A DNA stretch of 64,000 nt from an uncultured Nitrospiraceae bacterium (GCA_963730935.1 CAVSTP010000002.1:896001-960000), one strand, 5' to 3'; positions 41,714 to 52,104 are shown, counted from the first letter of the stretch. The notes: generated by a model from the letters alone, not told the origin. Numbers and translations: made by a program.

Positions 41714-42731
41714 ATGAGTCAGATGAACGGGCTTACCCGAAAGGGCGTTCTCGTCATTTCCCTGGACTACGAGTCCTATTGGGGTGTCCGTGATAGTGTC
41801 TACCATTGAACAGTATAGAAAAAAGCTTCTCGGAGAGCGTCGCGTAATTAAAGATCTATTGGAACTTTTCCAAGAATATGGAATTCACTGCACTTGGGCC
41901 ATTGTCGGATTTCTGTTTGCCGAAACACGCGATGAATTGATAGAAGCTGTGCCGAGCACTCGCCCACAGTATCAAGATCTTACCTTGTCGCCGTACAACT
42001 CTCTCGACAAAATTGGCAAGGACGAGCATGAAGACCCTTTTCACTATGGCGCTTCTCTCATCGCCCTGATTGCTGCGACTCCTCACCAGGAGATCGGCAC
42101 CCACACCTTCTCGCATTACTATTGTTTGGAAAAGGGGCAAGGCGCAGATGCGTTCAGAGCCGACCTAAACGCGGCGATCGATATCGCGGGGAAACGGAAT
42201 CTCCGGCTGGAGAGCATTGTTTTCCCCAGAAACCAATGTAATGGACAATATCTGAGAATCTGCAAGGAGGCCGGAATCAAGGCCTATCGAGGCAATGAGC
42301 GTTCGTGGATTTATCGGGCCAAAAGCCGAGAAGAGGAAACGTTGCTGAGAAGGGGCGTGCGCCTCATAGATGCCTATCTCCCCGTTGCCGGTCATAATTC
42401 TTATGGTCTTGACAACTTGGGAAGCGAGTTGCCGTTCAACATCCCCTCGAGTCGTTTTCTCCGCCCTTTCTCGAGCAAACTCCGAATCTTGGAACCACTT
42501 CGGATCAGCCGCATACAATCCGAGCTCCGGTACGCGGCGAAAAATGGATTAATCTATCATCTTTGGTGGCACCCGCATAATTTTGGAGACCATACGGACG
42601 AGAACTTGCGGATCCTCAAGAGCATTTTAGATTGCTTCCGCTCCATGAAGGAAGATTACGGCATGGACAGCTTCACGATGGGTGAGCTAGCTCACACGCG
42701 GATGGCTGGCAATGGGAGGCATGGGACATGA
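41714..42731 (+). CDS. Polysaccharide deacetylase family protein (frameshift near 41790)
   Basis: VISLDYESYWGVRD, TWAIVG, EIGTHTFSH, VFPRN, HLWWHPHNFG. Confidence 0.88.
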
Positions 42732-43653
42732 CTTCAAGGATAGGTGCCTTCTTGCCTTGGTGGGGACGTATCGCAACTAAGATTGTGCTGGCTCGTGTCC
42801 CGGTGGGTTACCGTTTGTGGAAGCGGCTGCACGTGTTCGAACTTGGCGCGATGGATAAGCCCACCTATGCATATGGCGTCTTCCGGAGAGCACTTCGATG
42901 CAGTCCGGTCACGCAGAGAGCTAGACAATTTCGTTGGACTGGAACTAGGGCCGGGTGATTCTCTGCTTTCAGCGATGGCGGCTCATGCCCATGGCGCGTC
43001 CGCATATTATCTCGTTGATGCCGGGTTTTTTGCTCAGGCGCCTGTCGCACAGTATCGAGCCATGGCCACATATCTTGCGGAGCATGGGCCGAACGGTCTT
43101 CAAAGGAAAAGACCTGACTTCCATTGATGCCATTATGAAGATATGTGGAGCGTCGTATGGCACCTTAGGGCTGAACTCACTGCGCACGATTCCCGATGGA
43201 TCGGTGGATTTTGTCTGGTCGCACACCGTTCTTCAACACATCAGCAGAGCCGAGTTTCTGGAGACGATGCGAGAACTCCGGCGCGTTCTGCGTGAGGACG
43301 GCATCAGCTCACACTGGGTAGATTTGCAGGATATGTTGGGTGGGGGCCTGAACAATCTCAGGTTTCGGGAATCCGTCTGGGAATCGTCTTTTATGGCCGG
43401 ATCCGGTTTTTACACGAACCGCATTCGATATTCTGAGATGCTGGCATTTTTTAGAGAGACAGGATTCCAAGTCGAGGTGGTCGACGTGATACGCTGGGAC
43501 GGGCTCCCCACACCGCAGTCGAAATTGTGCGATCTCTTTCGGGATCTGCCTGAGGAAGAGCTCTGCGTCCGGTGCTTTCATGTCATTTTGAGACCTAGCA
43601 GGAAGGCCTATAGTAAAGAGGCACAGGGAGGAATTTCGGTATTGCAGCGATGA
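42728..43653 (+). CDS. SAM-dependent methyltransferase, frameshifted
   Basis: LELGPGDS, SVDFVWSHTVLQHI, RRVLREDG, YTNRIR. Confidence 0.82.
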
Positions 43654-43926
43654 GGAGGAACATGGGCCCTGGGAGCCGATGAAGATATAGTGACGCGTTG
43701 CTCGAGGTCTTGTGCGAGATCCTTGGAACCCATGCCGAATTGGTCAGCATGGGCTGAGCATTTCTTCGGAAATGCGTCGCTAGGAGTGTTATGTCGAGAT
43801 GTGCTCTTCATGCCTGGAACCGCGAACGTCTTGAGATGCGCAAGCCATCAAGGTTAGCAACTGGAGCCAATGATGGGTGTCAAGACAACTGACCGTGGAA
43901 ATGAAAGTGATTGGTGATGCCACGCT

Positions 43927-43963
43927 AGACGATATCCTGGTCGTTCCCAGAAGTGTTTTTAGA
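43927..43963 (+). pseudogene. Relic 3' end of a third OPX (wza-like) gene copy
   Basis: 33/37 nt identical to 44796-44832; reads DDILVVPRSVF. Confidence 0.7.
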
Positions 43964-44049
43964 GCGGCCCCTGGTGACGTGGGCCGGGAATCTTCTCAAT
44001 CAACAACCAACGTGGAGCAGCATAGGGGTCGAGTTGCCGAGGGAACATT

Positions 44050-44832
44050 ATGGCACTTCCTGCAGGGCTAAGAAACGTGTTGCTTATCTGTCTGGGGCTA
44101 GTCTTATCGCTCGACACGGGCACCTGTTTCGCCTCCTCGTCGCCTTCGCTGCAAGGCTATCGGCTGGGATCGAATGATGTGGTGCAGGTCCACGTTTATG
44201 GCGAGGACGATCTCAATGTGGAACGCAAGATCGACGGCGACGGGAACATTCAGTATCCGCTGCTGGGGATTCTCTCGGTTGCCGGGAAAACGGCCCGAGA
44301 GTTACAGGATGAACTGACGACCCGGCTGGAAAGAGGTTACATTCGACAGCCCAAAGTAACCGTGTATGTCGTCAAGCACCGTAATTTCTACGTCAGTGGG
44401 GAAGTAAGAGCTGCCGGGGGGTATCCGTACGAAGAAGGCCTGACCGTCCACAAGGCATTGAGTATGGCGGGCGGCTGGACAGAGAAGGCGGAGCGGGGAA
44501 ACGTCAAAGTGAATCGGGTGATCAACGGTGTAACAGAATCGATTGAGGTTGCGTTTGACGAACCGGTGCTGCCCGATGATTTTATCGTCGTTCCACAGAT
44601 GAGGAAAATCTATGTCAACGGGGAGGTCAAGCGAGCAGGTGATTATCCGTATGAGCGAGGCTTGACCGTTCATAAGGTGATAACCATGGCCGGTGGCTTC
44701 ACGGACAAGGCGGCGGAGAGCCGCACGAAGGTGCTCCGGAAGGTCAACGGGAAGGAGCAATCGATTCCAGTCGATTTGGAAACGATCGTCTTGCCAGACG
44801 ATATCCTGGTTGTTCCCAGAAGTTTCTTTTGA
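44050..44832 (+). CDS. Short OPX polysaccharide export protein (Poly_export + 2 SLBB)
   Basis: YRLGSNDVV, DGNIQYPLLG, YIRQPKVTV, two Y(V)xGEV SLBB units, ends VVPRSFF with no outer-membrane helix. Confidence 0.92.
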   Translation: MALPAGLRNVLLICLGLVLSLDTGTCFASSSPSLQGYRLGSNDVVQVHVYGEDDLNVERKIDGDGNIQYPLLGILSVAGKTARELQDELTTRLERGYIRQPKVTVYVVKHRNFYVSGEVRAAGGYPYEEGLTVHKALSMAGGWTEKAERGNVKVNRVINGVTESIEVAFDEPVLPDDFIVVPQMRKIYVNGEVKRAGDYPYERGLTVHKVITMAGGFTDKAAESRTKVLRKVNGKEQSIPVDLETIVLPDDILVVPRSFF

Positions 44833-44977
44833 GATGAAACACCATGGCCAGGTTTTGATTCTCTTTCCGAGGGCGTGCCGGCCAGGTTTTCAGAGAAAAT
44901 TGAATTTCCCGCAGGAATCCAGCTCAAAAACGCAAAATCACTTACACCTTCACTGAAGCTTGTGCCGAGGTGACATC

Positions 44978-46433
44978 ATGAAACTTTCAGCAGGGTTAAG
45001 AAACTTGTGGCTTGTATGTCTGGGGTTGCTCTTATCGCTCGACACGGGCACCTGCCTCGCATCTTCGTCGTCTTCGCTACAAAGCTATCGTCTCGGGTCT
45101 AATGATGTGTTGCACATACAGGTCTATGGCGAGGACGACCTTAATGTTGAACGCAAAATCGACGGTGACGGGACCATTCACTACCCGTTGCTCGGGGTCC
45201 TCTCCGTCGCAGGAAAAACGGTTCGAGAGGTACAGGAAGACCTGACGGCCCAGTTGGCTAAAGGTTATGTTCGAAAACCCAAAGTCACGGTGTACGTTGT
45301 CAAACACCGCAATTTCTACGTCAGCGGGGAAGTGAAAACCGCTGGGGGGTATCCGTATGAAGAAGGGCTGACCTTGCATAGGGCATTGAGCATGGCCGGC
45401 GGGCGGACCGAGAAGACGGAGCGAGGGCCCGTGAAGGTGACCCGGCTGACTGGGGGCATCGCCGAGACACTGGTGGCCACGCCAGAGATGGCGGTGCTGC
45501 CCGATGACATTATTGTGGTCGAGGCCGGCAACTACAAATTCTACGTCAGCGGGGAAGTGAAAACCGCTGGGGGGTATCGGTATGAAGAAGGGCTGACCGT
45601 GCATAAGGCAATTAGCTGTGGCCGGCGGGCGGACCGAGAAGGCGGAGCGAGGGCCCGTGAAGGTGACCCGGCTGACTGGCGGCATCGCCGAGACACTGGT
45701 GGCCACGCCAGAGATGGCGGTGCTGCCCGATGACATTATTGTGGTTGAAGCCGGGAACTACAAATTTTACGTGAGCGGGGAAGTGAAGAATCCTAGCGGG
45801 TATCCGCACCGGGATGGCTTGACGGTTCATCAGGCTATTGCGATGGCCGGGGGTCTGACGGAGAAGGCCGAGCGCGGGACATTCCAGACGCTGCGTCGGG
45901 ACAACGGGCATGAAAAAACGATCGCCGTGGGGTTAGACAGTCTGGTGATGCCCGATGACATCATTGTTGTGGCGGAAGGGCAGCGCGTGTATGTGAGTGG
46001 CGAGGTGAAGACCCCGGGACGCTACCTCTATGAAAAGGGGCTGACCGTGCACAAGGCGATCAGTATGGCCGGCGGCTGGACAGAAAAAGCGGATCGGGGA
46101 ACCATCAAAGTGAATCGAGTGACCAACGACGAGACTCAATCAATCGAGACCACGTTGGACGCACCGGTGCTGCCCGATGACTTTATCGTGGTGCCGCAGT
46201 TGAAGAAGATCTATGTCAACGGAGAGGTGAAGCGAGCGGGAGATTATCCCTATGAGCGGGGCCTCACTGTCCATAAGGTGATTACCATGGCGGGTGGTTT
46301 CACGGACAAGGCGGCGGAGAGCCGTACGAAGGTGCTCCGTAAGGTTAACGGGCGGGAGCAGACAATTCCGGTCGATTTGGAAACCATCATCTTGCCAGAA
46401 GATATCCTCGTCGTTCCAAGAAGCTTCTTTTGA
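44978..46433 (+). CDS. OPX polysaccharide export protein (Poly_export + 5 SLBB), one frameshift near 45617
   Basis: Paralog of 44050-44832; five YVxGEV units; ends VVPRSFF. Confidence 0.9.
45314..45790 (+). repeat. Intragenic near-identical tandem repeat with 225-bp period (SLBB duplication)
   Basis: TTCTACGTCAGCGGGGAAGTGAAAACCGCTGGGGGGTATC at 45314 and 45539; a third unit starts at 45765. Confidence 0.92.
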
Positions 46434-46499
46434 TCCTGAGACCTATCTCTGAAGGTCTTGTTCGTTTACGTTACGTATAGCTCGTGCCCGTGAATGTTG

Positions 46500-46539
46500 C
46501 GCCGGCGTGGAATTTGCCCTCCTGCCGGCGTTTTTTTTT
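46500..46539 (+). terminator. Intrinsic terminator between the OPX genes and the beta-barrel gene
   Basis: CGCCGGCG...TGCCGGCG stem followed by T9. Confidence 0.75.
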
Positions 46540-46805
46540 GTTCGCCGGCGCCTGCGCGGAGGAAGAACGAACTTTGGCTGGAGTGGGCTGGAACAATGAG
46601 ATAGAGTGAGGCGGCGTCGAGTGCAAAATGAGCAGAGTGGCTAATAAACTGAGGAAGTCAGGACAACCACAGTCTGAGCCGACCCAGCACGATACAAGCA
46701 AAGAGAGGTAGCAGAACGGCGGTGCATTCCTTAAAGGGACCGATCGTCTGCTAGGGCCATCCCGCACCAATGTCCTGCAGGGTCATATTGTTGAGTAACT
46801 GAAAG

Positions 46806-48251
46806 ATGCTGTCTTGTACTTTCAACGGTGGCGTGCGGATATTGCAGTGTTCGAGCCGTCTACGCTTAGTCCTTGGCGCATTGGTCCTTGTCAACATGAT
46901 CTCTGTTCCAGGAAAAAGCTGGGGCCAACAGCCAGTAGCGCCTAGCCCGGTAATGGGGGGAATGGGCAATCTCTTTATCTCTCAATTTGCCAATCCCGCG
47001 GTCGTGGGCGCACTCTATGGTATCCCGAAGTTTCCGCTGACCGGCTATTATCCTGTGTACCCCGGTGGGTTCGCTCCGATTAACCCTGAACCCGGCATTG
47101 AGGCGGGGCCTGTACAGCTGCATCCTACGATGGGTGTTGCCGAGATGTACACAGACAACGTCTTTCGCACCCCTAGCGGCACCAAGAGCGACTTCTATAC
47201 GACTCTGGCGCCGGGCATCCAGGCCCAGTTGCCCTTTGCGGGTCGACATCTCTTCATGGTCGATTACCGCACCAACATTCAATATTATTCGAAATTCACA
47301 ACAAACGATGTCCAGGACCAAACGGCGTCTGGTCTCCTGCACTTCAACTTCCCTGGGGGCCTTAAGGTCGATTTGCAGGGGGAGCATAAGCTTGGACACG
47401 ATCCAAGGGGATCGGCAGCGGATCTCCAAACACTGGAGGTCAACAAGTGGACGACGAATGGATTCACCGGACAGGCCGAATATCAGGGTGGCCAGATTGG
47501 GGCCATCGTGACCGGGGGATTTACGCGATGGACTTTTTTGAATAACAATCAAGGTCCCATTCGGGATGGTGTCTACAACTACGGCGGGTTCTCACTCCTC
47601 GGGAATTTTTTTGCTAACACATCCCTAGTCGCTAATTTCCGCGTCCTCAGCACCGCTTATGACCAGAATCAAAATTTAGACAGTACCATTTATACAATGA
47701 GCGCAGGAGCACGATGGACGCCGACCGGGATAACCACGGTTGACTTTCTTGCGGGTTATCAGGTTTTGCAGCTTACTCATGCTCCGGTTAACCAACCGCC
47801 TCCGATCCTAAGTCAGTATAATAGACCACCAGGCTCACCCTCCTCCGCTTCGGGTCCATTCCTCTCAGGGATTCTCACGTGGATTGCGACTCCTACTTTA
47901 AAGCTTGCCGTTCAACCATACCGCTCAATCCAACCGAGTGTGTTTGCCGGCACGTTCTTCTTTACTGCGACAGGCGTGAACCTCTCTGCCGTGCAGACAG
48001 TGACCGACCGGATCGAGCTGACTGCAAATCTAGGATATGAAGACGATGAATTCTCTGAATCCGGCGGGTCTGCACCAGTCGGGCCAGCCAGAAACGACAA
48101 GTTGCGAAACATAGCTGTGGGACTGAATTACCGTGCCGTAAAATGGGTTGGGCTAGGTTTCCAATACGTCTATGAAAACAGGAGCTCTAATCAAGCCTCC
48201 TTTAATTATGATGCAAGCACGTTCATGCTGTCTGCGCAAGCGCTCTTCTAA
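46806..48251 (+). CDS. Outer-membrane beta-barrel protein associated with polysaccharide export
   Basis: Signal peptide, EMYTDNVF, alternating amphipathic strands, terminal Phe (LSAQALF); adjacent to OPX genes. Confidence 0.85.
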   Translation: MLSCTFNGGVRILQCSSRLRLVLGALVLVNMISVPGKSWGQQPVAPSPVMGGMGNLFISQFANPAVVGALYGIPKFPLTGYYPVYPGGFAPINPEPGIEAGPVQLHPTMGVAEMYTDNVFRTPSGTKSDFYTTLAPGIQAQLPFAGRHLFMVDYRTNIQYYSKFTTNDVQDQTASGLLHFNFPGGLKVDLQGEHKLGHDPRGSAADLQTLEVNKWTTNGFTGQAEYQGGQIGAIVTGGFTRWTFLNNNQGPIRDGVYNYGGFSLLGNFFANTSLVANFRVLSTAYDQNQNLDSTIYTMSAGARWTPTGITTVDFLAGYQVLQLTHAPVNQPPPILSQYNRPPGSPSSASGPFLSGILTWIATPTLKLAVQPYRSIQPSVFAGTFFFTATGVNLSAVQTVTDRIELTANLGYEDDEFSESGGSAPVGPARNDKLRNIAVGLNYRAVKWVGLGFQYVYENRSSNQASFNYDASTFMLSAQALF

Positions 48252-48724
48252 CGATCTGACTGCTGGCTTTAATTCACGGACTATTGCTGGGCTATTAAGA
48301 TTTCTTTTTGAACCGGTTCTAGAATAGGCAAGGCCACGGAGATAAAGACACCGTGCGCTCTGATATGGCTCATGTCCGTCCTGCCGGTCGTCGTCCCACG
48401 CTTCGATCAAGCTGTCGATGCGACTGCCCCCGCGCCTTGTTGATCCAAATCCCCATGCATGCTGTGCCGTATGCTGTTCGGCTGTCGGTGATTCACAGAT
48501 AAGACCTCGTTCCCATTCTTCGGCTAGGCGTGGGAGTCCTCAAAGAGGGCCTCGCCCTGCCTGAACATGGCCGAGGGTTTCCCCCCAGGGGAACCGCTAG
48601 GTATGCGTTGTCCGGTAAGGACGGTAGACTGATTATCCGAAAGGCATGAAAGAACAATCGTCATGGCCTTTGGGTAACAAGTCAATAATGTGGAAATAAC
48701 TCCGGGTGATCAAGGAGGTTCAGC

Positions 48725-48943
48725 ATGATTCGTATTCTATGCACTCTGACCGTTGTCCTTATGGCCGGTGCCATGGTCGCTGGCTGTGCTGATGACCCCT
48801 ATCCCGGTCGCCAACGACCTGCGAACAGCTTCGAGAACGTCGATATGGGACCGCCACAGTCTGGTCAACAATACCGTTTCGACGAACGTCCGCCAGCTTC
48901 AAACAGTGATCCTTATAGCCGTAGCCAACCTGGGCGCTATTAG
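48725..48943 (+). CDS. Small lipoprotein
   Basis: AAGGAGG RBS, VAGC lipobox. Confidence 0.75.
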   Translation: MIRILCTLTVVLMAGAMVAGCADDPYPGRQRPANSFENVDMGPPQSGQQYRFDERPPASNSDPYSRSQPGRY

Positions 48944-49015
48944 CGGGACGCTGAAAAGGGGAATTGGGTTCCTTGGGGCTCGGCAGGGGAAGGAAATCGA
49001 TATGGAGGTTTGTAC

Positions 49016-49267
49016 CTATATTGAAGGATGCGCTTCATCCGTCGGTCTATGTTTTCGCTTCCAACGAAGATAGGCCATGTTTAGGATTTGAAAATGCTTA
49101 TCGATAAACACGAATTCTTCCTCATCTAAGGCCCTATCGTCATAGAGCAGATCCCGCAAGACAGAAGCGGATTGCCCAAATTGATGAAGTACGTCGACTC
49201 TGTCGTCCTTCGGAACATGTACATCATGCACGCTGATCTTTTCGCCTACTGGATTTTTGGAAGCCAT
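49016..49267 (-). CDS. Hypothetical protein
   Basis: AAGGGGT RBS, 83-aa ORF with protein-like composition. Confidence 0.55.
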   Translation of the reverse strand: MASKNPVGEKISVHDVHVPKDDRVDVLHQFGQSASVLRDLLYDDRALDEEEFVFIDKHFQILNMAYLRWKRKHRPTDEAHPSI

Positions 49268-49505
49268 GTTTTACCCCCTTGCGTACTTTAAGGATACTTC
49301 TGCCCTGACATGGCTGACACTGGGGTAAGTCTAGGGGGTTCTTGGCTATCTCATACTCTGACGGGGGCAGCTGGCTTCGATGCCGCCCCCGGTTGTTTGC
49401 CGATCCTCCAGTTGTGCTGCACGGCATCCTTCACGAGGGATGGGCGTGTCCCCTCGCATATCCGCAAGTCTTCCCCTTCTCGCTGCCTGCGAAACACAAT
49501 CCTGC

Positions 49506-50891
49506 CTAGAGCGATCGCAAGAAATTCATCACATTTTGTTTATCGATCTCATTCAAAGCATTGAAATTCTCAATGACTTGATTCGCTTCAGAGGGTGGAA
49601 TAACGCCAGCGCCCGCGCTCGCATGGGCCCGGATGGCTGCCAGCAGATCTTTTGTGCGTCCATCGTGCAGAAAAAAAATCCGTTTCCCAAGACCCCACAG
49701 TGGTGCAGTTCGAAACTCGTCTCCGGCGGCAGCGCCCTGGCTAATGCCATCGGCGAGATTCGGTCCCATGTTGTGTAGGGCTAAATCAGAAAATAAATTC
49801 ACCTCTTTCCTCTGCAAGGCGGCGACTGAAGACTTTCCAGTATGAAGTGTAGGGGTATGGCATAGAGCACAGCCGGTATCTTCGAATAGCTTTCGACCGC
49901 TCACAGTTGACGCATTGTCTGGGGTGGGCGTCGAAGGTGCGAGCAGTCGCATGAAGACCGCGAACTTTACCACATCGCTCGGCGCTTCCAAGGGGTTGAC
50001 CGCGTCGAAATGCGTTGGACTTTCAGGCGTGCTATTGAATTTACACCCTCGAGCTTCATCGCGCTCCTGAGGAAACAGATCACTCGTCACTCCTTGCTCT
50101 ACGTTATAGGCCTCACCAGAGAACAGCTCGAGTGATTTGTTCTGCGCTTTCCACCCAAATCGAGTGATCGTTCCGTCGTTACCGCTTACGTTTGGTCGGC
50201 CCGTCATGTTCGGTTTTCCCCTAATGCCTAACGACAGTTTGGTGGCAGCATTTGCTTGTAGGTTGTCCAGGATCGTATCGTCGTCGATGGCTTCGATGAG
50301 CCCGGCGCCAAAGGTAGGAGTCGGTATTCGAAGAGCCACATTCTGCGTTGCCACGGCGGTGCGGAAGTCCGGCTGATGCAAGACGCAGCCTGGGGCATCG
50401 CTGCGGCCAGTGATGGTGAAAAGCGCTTGCACACCGCCATCTGGTAAGCCGTTTGGAAGGAATTTGAATCGCGCTTCCCGTATCGGTCCGTCGACAGTGA
50501 TGAAAGACGGTATTTCGTTGGTTGCTCCGGCTTTTTTGGCCACAGCGATTTGAGGATTGACTGCCGGACTGCTTCCCCCAATATCTGGTTGGACATGACA
50601 ACCGGCGCAACTATCGAGGTTGAAACGCGGCCCAAGACCTGCTTCTGTATCGGGCAATGTGCCTTGTACCGATCCAACCTCCTCGAATACTTCTCGACCG
50701 ATGGCGAAGGCCTGTTGCTCAACTGACGTGAGGCCCGGAAGCATTCCGCCGGCTCCATTGGAACCAGGGCGCACCCCGGGATCGCTGGCCGTAAATTTTG
50801 CGATCTGAGATTGGACATTGATGGCAAATGCTACGGCCACAATGAAGACGAGCGTTGACACGCCGATCGCGCGACTCATTTTCCCATTCAT
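49506..50891 (-). CDS. Di-heme oxidoreductase (DHOR-like) family protein
   Basis: Signal peptide, GLGPRFNLDSCAGCH, RFGWKAQ, AYNVEQG, GCALCH, LFSDLALHNMG, EFRTAPLWG, FLHDGR. Confidence 0.9.
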   Translation of the reverse strand: MNGKMSRAIGVSTLVFIVAVAFAINVQSQIAKFTASDPGVRPGSNGAGGMLPGLTSVEQQAFAIGREVFEEVGSVQGTLPDTEAGLGPRFNLDSCAGCHVQPDIGGSSPAVNPQIAVAKKAGATNEIPSFITVDGPIREARFKFLPNGLPDGGVQALFTITGRSDAPGCVLHQPDFRTAVATQNVALRIPTPTFGAGLIEAIDDDTILDNLQANAATKLSLGIRGKPNMTGRPNVSGNDGTITRFGWKAQNKSLELFSGEAYNVEQGVTSDLFPQERDEARGCKFNSTPESPTHFDAVNPLEAPSDVVKFAVFMRLLAPSTPTPDNASTVSGRKLFEDTGCALCHTPTLHTGKSSVAALQRKEVNLFSDLALHNMGPNLADGISQGAAAGDEFRTAPLWGLGKRIFFLHDGRTKDLLAAIRAHASAGAGVIPPSEANQVIENFNALNEIDKQNVMNFLRSL

Positions 50892-50945
50892 GAGAGCCTC
50901 CCTTCGCACAGTCGGAGAGATTTAGTCGTACAGAAACCCTACTTG

Positions 50946-51247
50946 CACTAGGGATCGCGATAACTCGGCACGCCCCATTGGGGGTGGCCCCAGTGGCGTC
51001 CGAAACGCGCGGAACCGCGACGTCTTATCAGCAGATTGGAAGAGAGGAAGGCAGCAGAGGGGGGTCCGTCTGTGACGGGCTTGAACTATAACGATTCATT
51101 TCGTCCGGCCTAGACATGGTGTGTTCGCAAGCCGAGAGCAAAATACGCGTATTTTTCTTGAGGGTCACTCGGAAGAACCCTGGTTATTGAGCGTTGGAGC
51201 CCTTGGGAGGATTTTCTAATCTAGGATAATCCTTAGGCGAGGCAATG
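50946..51247 (-). promoter_or_regulatory. Conserved non-coding leader/promoter element, copy B
   Basis: Homologous to 11087-11432; minus-strand -10 TATAGT at 51085-51090. Confidence 0.8.
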
Positions 51248-51371
51248 AAATTCTAAACCAGTCATCCACCCAAGATTCTCTTCTCATCACCCGACGATAG
51301 GTCAGCGCGTGAGGTGGAGTGTGGACAGTTGTCCCTGCCGGACGACTCATTTCGTCGCTGGAAGAAGAGCA

Positions 51372-51409
51372 CGAGAGGAGGGTGGCGCAATCGCCGTTCC
51401 CTCCTCTCG
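51372..51409 (-). terminator. Probable terminator hairpin after the His/Pro-rich gene
   Basis: CGAGAGGAGGG...CCCTCCTCTCG inverted repeat 16 nt past the stop codon. Confidence 0.65.
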
Positions 51410-51425
51410 CTTTAGTGATTGGACA

Positions 51426-51800
51426 CTAACAGCCGATACACGGAGTAGGACCGGGCGGAGGAGGAGGCGGTTCAACAGGTGGTGGCGTCACCGGCGGCGG
51501 CGTCACAGGTGGCTGCGTCACCGGCGGATCATCGTGACCGCCGTGACCACGGTGACCGTGCTTGTGTTTCTTGTGGAACAAGTGCTTTGCCCAGCCGTAG
51601 TGGTGACGCTTACCGTGATTGTCACGATCACCGCGTTCCCAACGGTCGCCACGGTCGGCATCTCTCTTGTCATGATGCTTTTTCAGGTCTAGACAATACG
51701 GGCGGCATACCGCTTGTGCCGGCGCCGGCATCAGAGCCGACGTCAGTACACCAATGGAAAATGCCCCCGCGAGGACGAGAGCTAAACGACGTGCCATCAT
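51426..51800 (-). CDS. Small secreted His-rich, Pro-rich, Cys-capped protein
   Basis: AAAGGAGG RBS, signal peptide (APAQA), CRPYC, His/Lys/Arg-rich middle, PPVT repeats, terminal CIGC. Confidence 0.8.
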   Translation of the reverse strand: MMARRLALVLAGAFSIGVLTSALMPAPAQAVCRPYCLDLKKHHDKRDADRGDRWERGDRDNHGKRHHYGWAKHLFHKKHKHGHRGHGGHDDPPVTQPPVTPPPVTPPPVEPPPPPPGPTPCIGC

Positions 51801-52104
51801 ATGGATGCCTCCTTTGCAGTCCTTCAGCATCATCCTGATGCCGAAAGATCGACCAACACCAGGCAATGTGAGCAGAAGTCATGCCAAGAGAGGATGTAAG
51901 AAATACAAACGACTAGCTGATTGATGATCCGTACCATTATGTTTCAGCGGCCGACAAATCGCTGCTCGCGACACACCCACCGTCTCTATGATGCTCATAA
52001 TGCTATCAACCTGACGCGCTTCAGCTTTGCCTATTCCTCTTTTGCTCTCTACAATAGGAATCTCAATACACAATTTTCGAAGGACACTCACAAGCGAGGG
52101 CATT

